This document shows positions 29,837 through 32,000 of a DNA stretch of 32,000 bases, piece by piece. The notes under the pieces are model-generated. The model was given only the letters and a program-made list of their open reading frames with translations, did not search any database and had not been told where the DNA came from. Numbering within the stretch: position 1 is the first letter of the stretch; every line of letters starts with the position of its first letter. The translations under genes and the position numbers were made by a program. This stretch comes from Promethearchaeota archaeon (lineage in GTDB: Archaea; Asgardarchaeota; Lokiarchaeia; Sigyniarchaeales; SOKP01), in assembly GCA_030606485.1 (NCBI GenBank), contig JAUWGH010000001.1, positions 420,001 through 452,000 of the forward strand, written 5' to 3'.

Positions 29837-30976
29837 GTGTATATAATGATTAATATAGACTTAATCGTACCACCTTTTGCATATTATCCAAATATTCCCT
29901 TTGTTTCACACAGATGGAATAGTTATTGGTTTCCTGTTTTGTTTTATCTTAAAGATCTTAAAAAAATAGGCGTAAAAATACGGTTTTTAAATTTTTTTGA
30001 ATTAAAATTTAGACATTTAGCGAAAATTGTAGGAATAGATTGTCGATTTTTTTTTAAAAATATAGATTACGGAAATTTCGGTGATATAAACTCAAATGGT
30101 AAAATTCCACTCAATTTTCTTGAAAAACTTAGAGATAACATTGATACTTTACTTTGGTTTGATACTTCCGATAGCTCAGGCACAACACAATTTGAAGTCC
30201 TACCTTATGTTGATCGATATTATAAACGGCAATTGCTTAAAGATAGAATATTATATAGCCGACAATTTTATGAAGATCGGATTTTTGCCGATTTTTATAC
30301 AAACTTATATAATTTTAAAAAAAACGATAAACGTATCACCATATATCCACTTGAACTTAAGTATAAAGATAAACTTGGTCTTTCATGGAATCTTGCACTT
30401 TTTGACTATAGGGTTAATAATAAACTAACTAGATTTATTAATGGATTTTCTAGAAAGATGGTATTACCATATTCGAATCCAAATAAAAAAAGAAATAAAT
30501 TGCTATCTGCACGTTTTGGAATTATATATAACATTAAATCCATATCATTTCAGCGAAAATCCCTGATTAAATTTATTAATAGAAAATTTAAAACAAACCC
30601 ATATATCTCTACCGGTTTTATTTCCAAGAAGGAATACCTCAAAGAAACTCATTCATCAAAAGCGATACTCAGTCCATTTGGTTGGGGAGAAATCTGTTTA
30701 CGTGATTTTGAAACTTTTATTGCTGGTGCTGCATTAATAAAACCTGCGATGGAACATCTTGAAACATGGCCTAATTTCTATCGAAATCAAGAGACTTATA
30801 TTTCTATACCATGGAAAATTGAAGAATGGGAATCAAGATTTAATGAGATTTTTGCTAATGAAAAATTACTATTAAAAATTGCGATTAATGGACAAAAGGA
30901 ATTCAAATCATTATGGACTAAAAAAGCAAAAGAACAGTTTTGTAATCGCTTTATTAATATGATTTCTCTAAATTAA
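29837..30976 (+). CDS. Glycosyltransferase-like protein (GT-B/exostosin-like C-terminal motif)
   Basis: WFDTSDSSG, YYKRQLLKD and SKAILSPFGWGEICLRDFETFIAGAALIKP motifs, inside the glycan locus. Start may be ATG 29846. Confidence 0.6.
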   Translation: MYIMINIDLIVPPFAYYPNIPFVSHRWNSYWFPVLFYLKDLKKIGVKIRFLNFFELKFRHLAKIVGIDCRFFFKNIDYGNFGDINSNGKIPLNFLEKLRDNIDTLLWFDTSDSSGTTQFEVLPYVDRYYKRQLLKDRILYSRQFYEDRIFADFYTNLYNFKKNDKRITIYPLELKYKDKLGLSWNLALFDYRVNNKLTRFINGFSRKMVLPYSNPNKKRNKLLSARFGIIYNIKSISFQRKSLIKFINRKFKTNPYISTGFISKKEYLKETHSSKAILSPFGWGEICLRDFETFIAGAALIKPAMEHLETWPNFYRNQETYISIPWKIEEWESRFNEIFANEKLLLKIAINGQKEFKSLWTKKAKEQFCNRFINMISLN

Positions 30977-31298
30977 ATTTAAAATTAATCTATTTTAATA
31001 ATGAAAATGAATAAATAAGTTAATATCATTTTATAAAGTACTTTAAACATCAAAAAAGTTAACGATAAGGATAATATTATAATATCGTCCCAATATAAAA
31101 TATGCCAGTTATTATCCTTTTTATTTCGATTAAATCTTGATTCCCAATTTGGGAATATCTATTTTATAGATATTTTTATATGTTTATTATTAGATTTAAA
31201 AATGTTAATCTATTAAATATTTATGATAGTATATATAAGATTTAAATTTTTTATTAAATAAAAGAATTTAATACCTAAAGAGAAATTAGTGATCTAAT

Positions 31299-32000
31299 AT
31301 TCTTGTAGATTTAATAAGAAAAATTAAATTAGGTCTTACATCCAAAATTAATCCATTAGCTGCGATTAAAAAGATATATAATTGGCCCACTTACTTTTTA
31401 GATTTTTTTTATCTAATTAAAAAGAATTATATTATTTATCATATGAAAAATGGATTAAAATATTTTGTTAGAGCAAGAACTACTGATCGAGGTTTTATTA
31501 CTTCGATTGAATTAGCTGATGACTATAAATTAAATAAATTATTTTTACCAAAGATTCTATCGTAATAGACATTGGAGCTCATATAGGTATTTTTTCGGTT
31601 TTTATTTCTAGAACAGCGAGTAAAATTTATTCATATGAACCGATTCCAAATAATTTTAAAATGTTATTAAAAAATATCAAGATTAATAATTTAACAGATG
31701 TAATTAAACCTTTTAATTATGCTGTTTTTGATAAGAAAGAAAAAATAAAAATATACATTTCAAAACATAATACTGGTGGCCATTCTATTTATTGTAAAAG
31801 TAATAAGGACATTGAAGTTTTTACTATTACTTTAAAAGAAATATTTGAAAATAATGATATTTCTAAATGCGATCTACTTAAAATTGATACAGAAGGTTCG
31901 GAATATAAAATATTATATGGTTTGCCTAAAAATTATTTCACAAAAATAAAAAGAATCCATTTGGAATATCATGATATAAATAAAGAAAAATACAATCATA
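31299..32000 (+). pseudogene. FkbM family methyltransferase, frameshifted at T5 (31542-31546), runs off the window
   Basis: Frame 1 encodes IKKIYNWPTYFLDF...MKNGLKYFVRARTTD. The -1 frame from 31547 encodes VIDIGAHIG, SYEPIP, NYAV and LKIDTEGSEY and is open to the end. Not in the ORF track. May be a real gene with an assembly error. Confidence 0.75.

Noticed and set aside
7719-30428. Short ORFs 7719, 11447, 19158, 19736, 25709, 28233, 28960, 29179, 29387 and 30096
   Set aside because: All overlap better-supported genes or remnants in another frame or strand and show no recognisable motifs.
1-32000. CRISPR array, tRNA or rRNA
   Set aside because: No regularly spaced repeat-spacer pattern, cloverleaf or rRNA-like GC-rich block found.

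Overview
Very AT-rich (roughly 25% GC by eye) prokaryotic DNA, most likely from an Asgard archaeon (Lokiarchaeia-like). This is inferred from the longin-small-GTPase and roadblock genes, GGTGA-type Shine-Dalgarno motifs and an Asgard-style LamG-like domain. Bases 1-5.6 kb hold a dodecin, a longin/Arf-like GTPase with a long Pro/Lys-rich repeat tail, a roadblock-like protein, a HEPN-MNT pair, a UPF0280 protein and a second MNT with a C-terminal extension. From 6.3 kb to the end is a surface-glycan locus: CDP-paratose 2-epimerase, three DPM1-like GT2, three GT4, two flippases, two GT-C-like membrane proteins, four SAM methyltransferases and one GT-like protein. The locus carries many rearrangement scars: a microhomology-deleted epimerase copy, an MTase/GT4 chimeric remnant, a decayed IS4/IS5-type transposase, two homopolymer frameshifts and a 60-bp in-gene duplication. 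The least explained signals are (i) a GC-rich two-hairpin element present twice (5699-5760, 6873-6990) with compensatory base changes and (ii) several genes that seem to start at near-cognate codons (CTG, ATA, ATT). No rRNA, tRNA or CRISPR array was seen.
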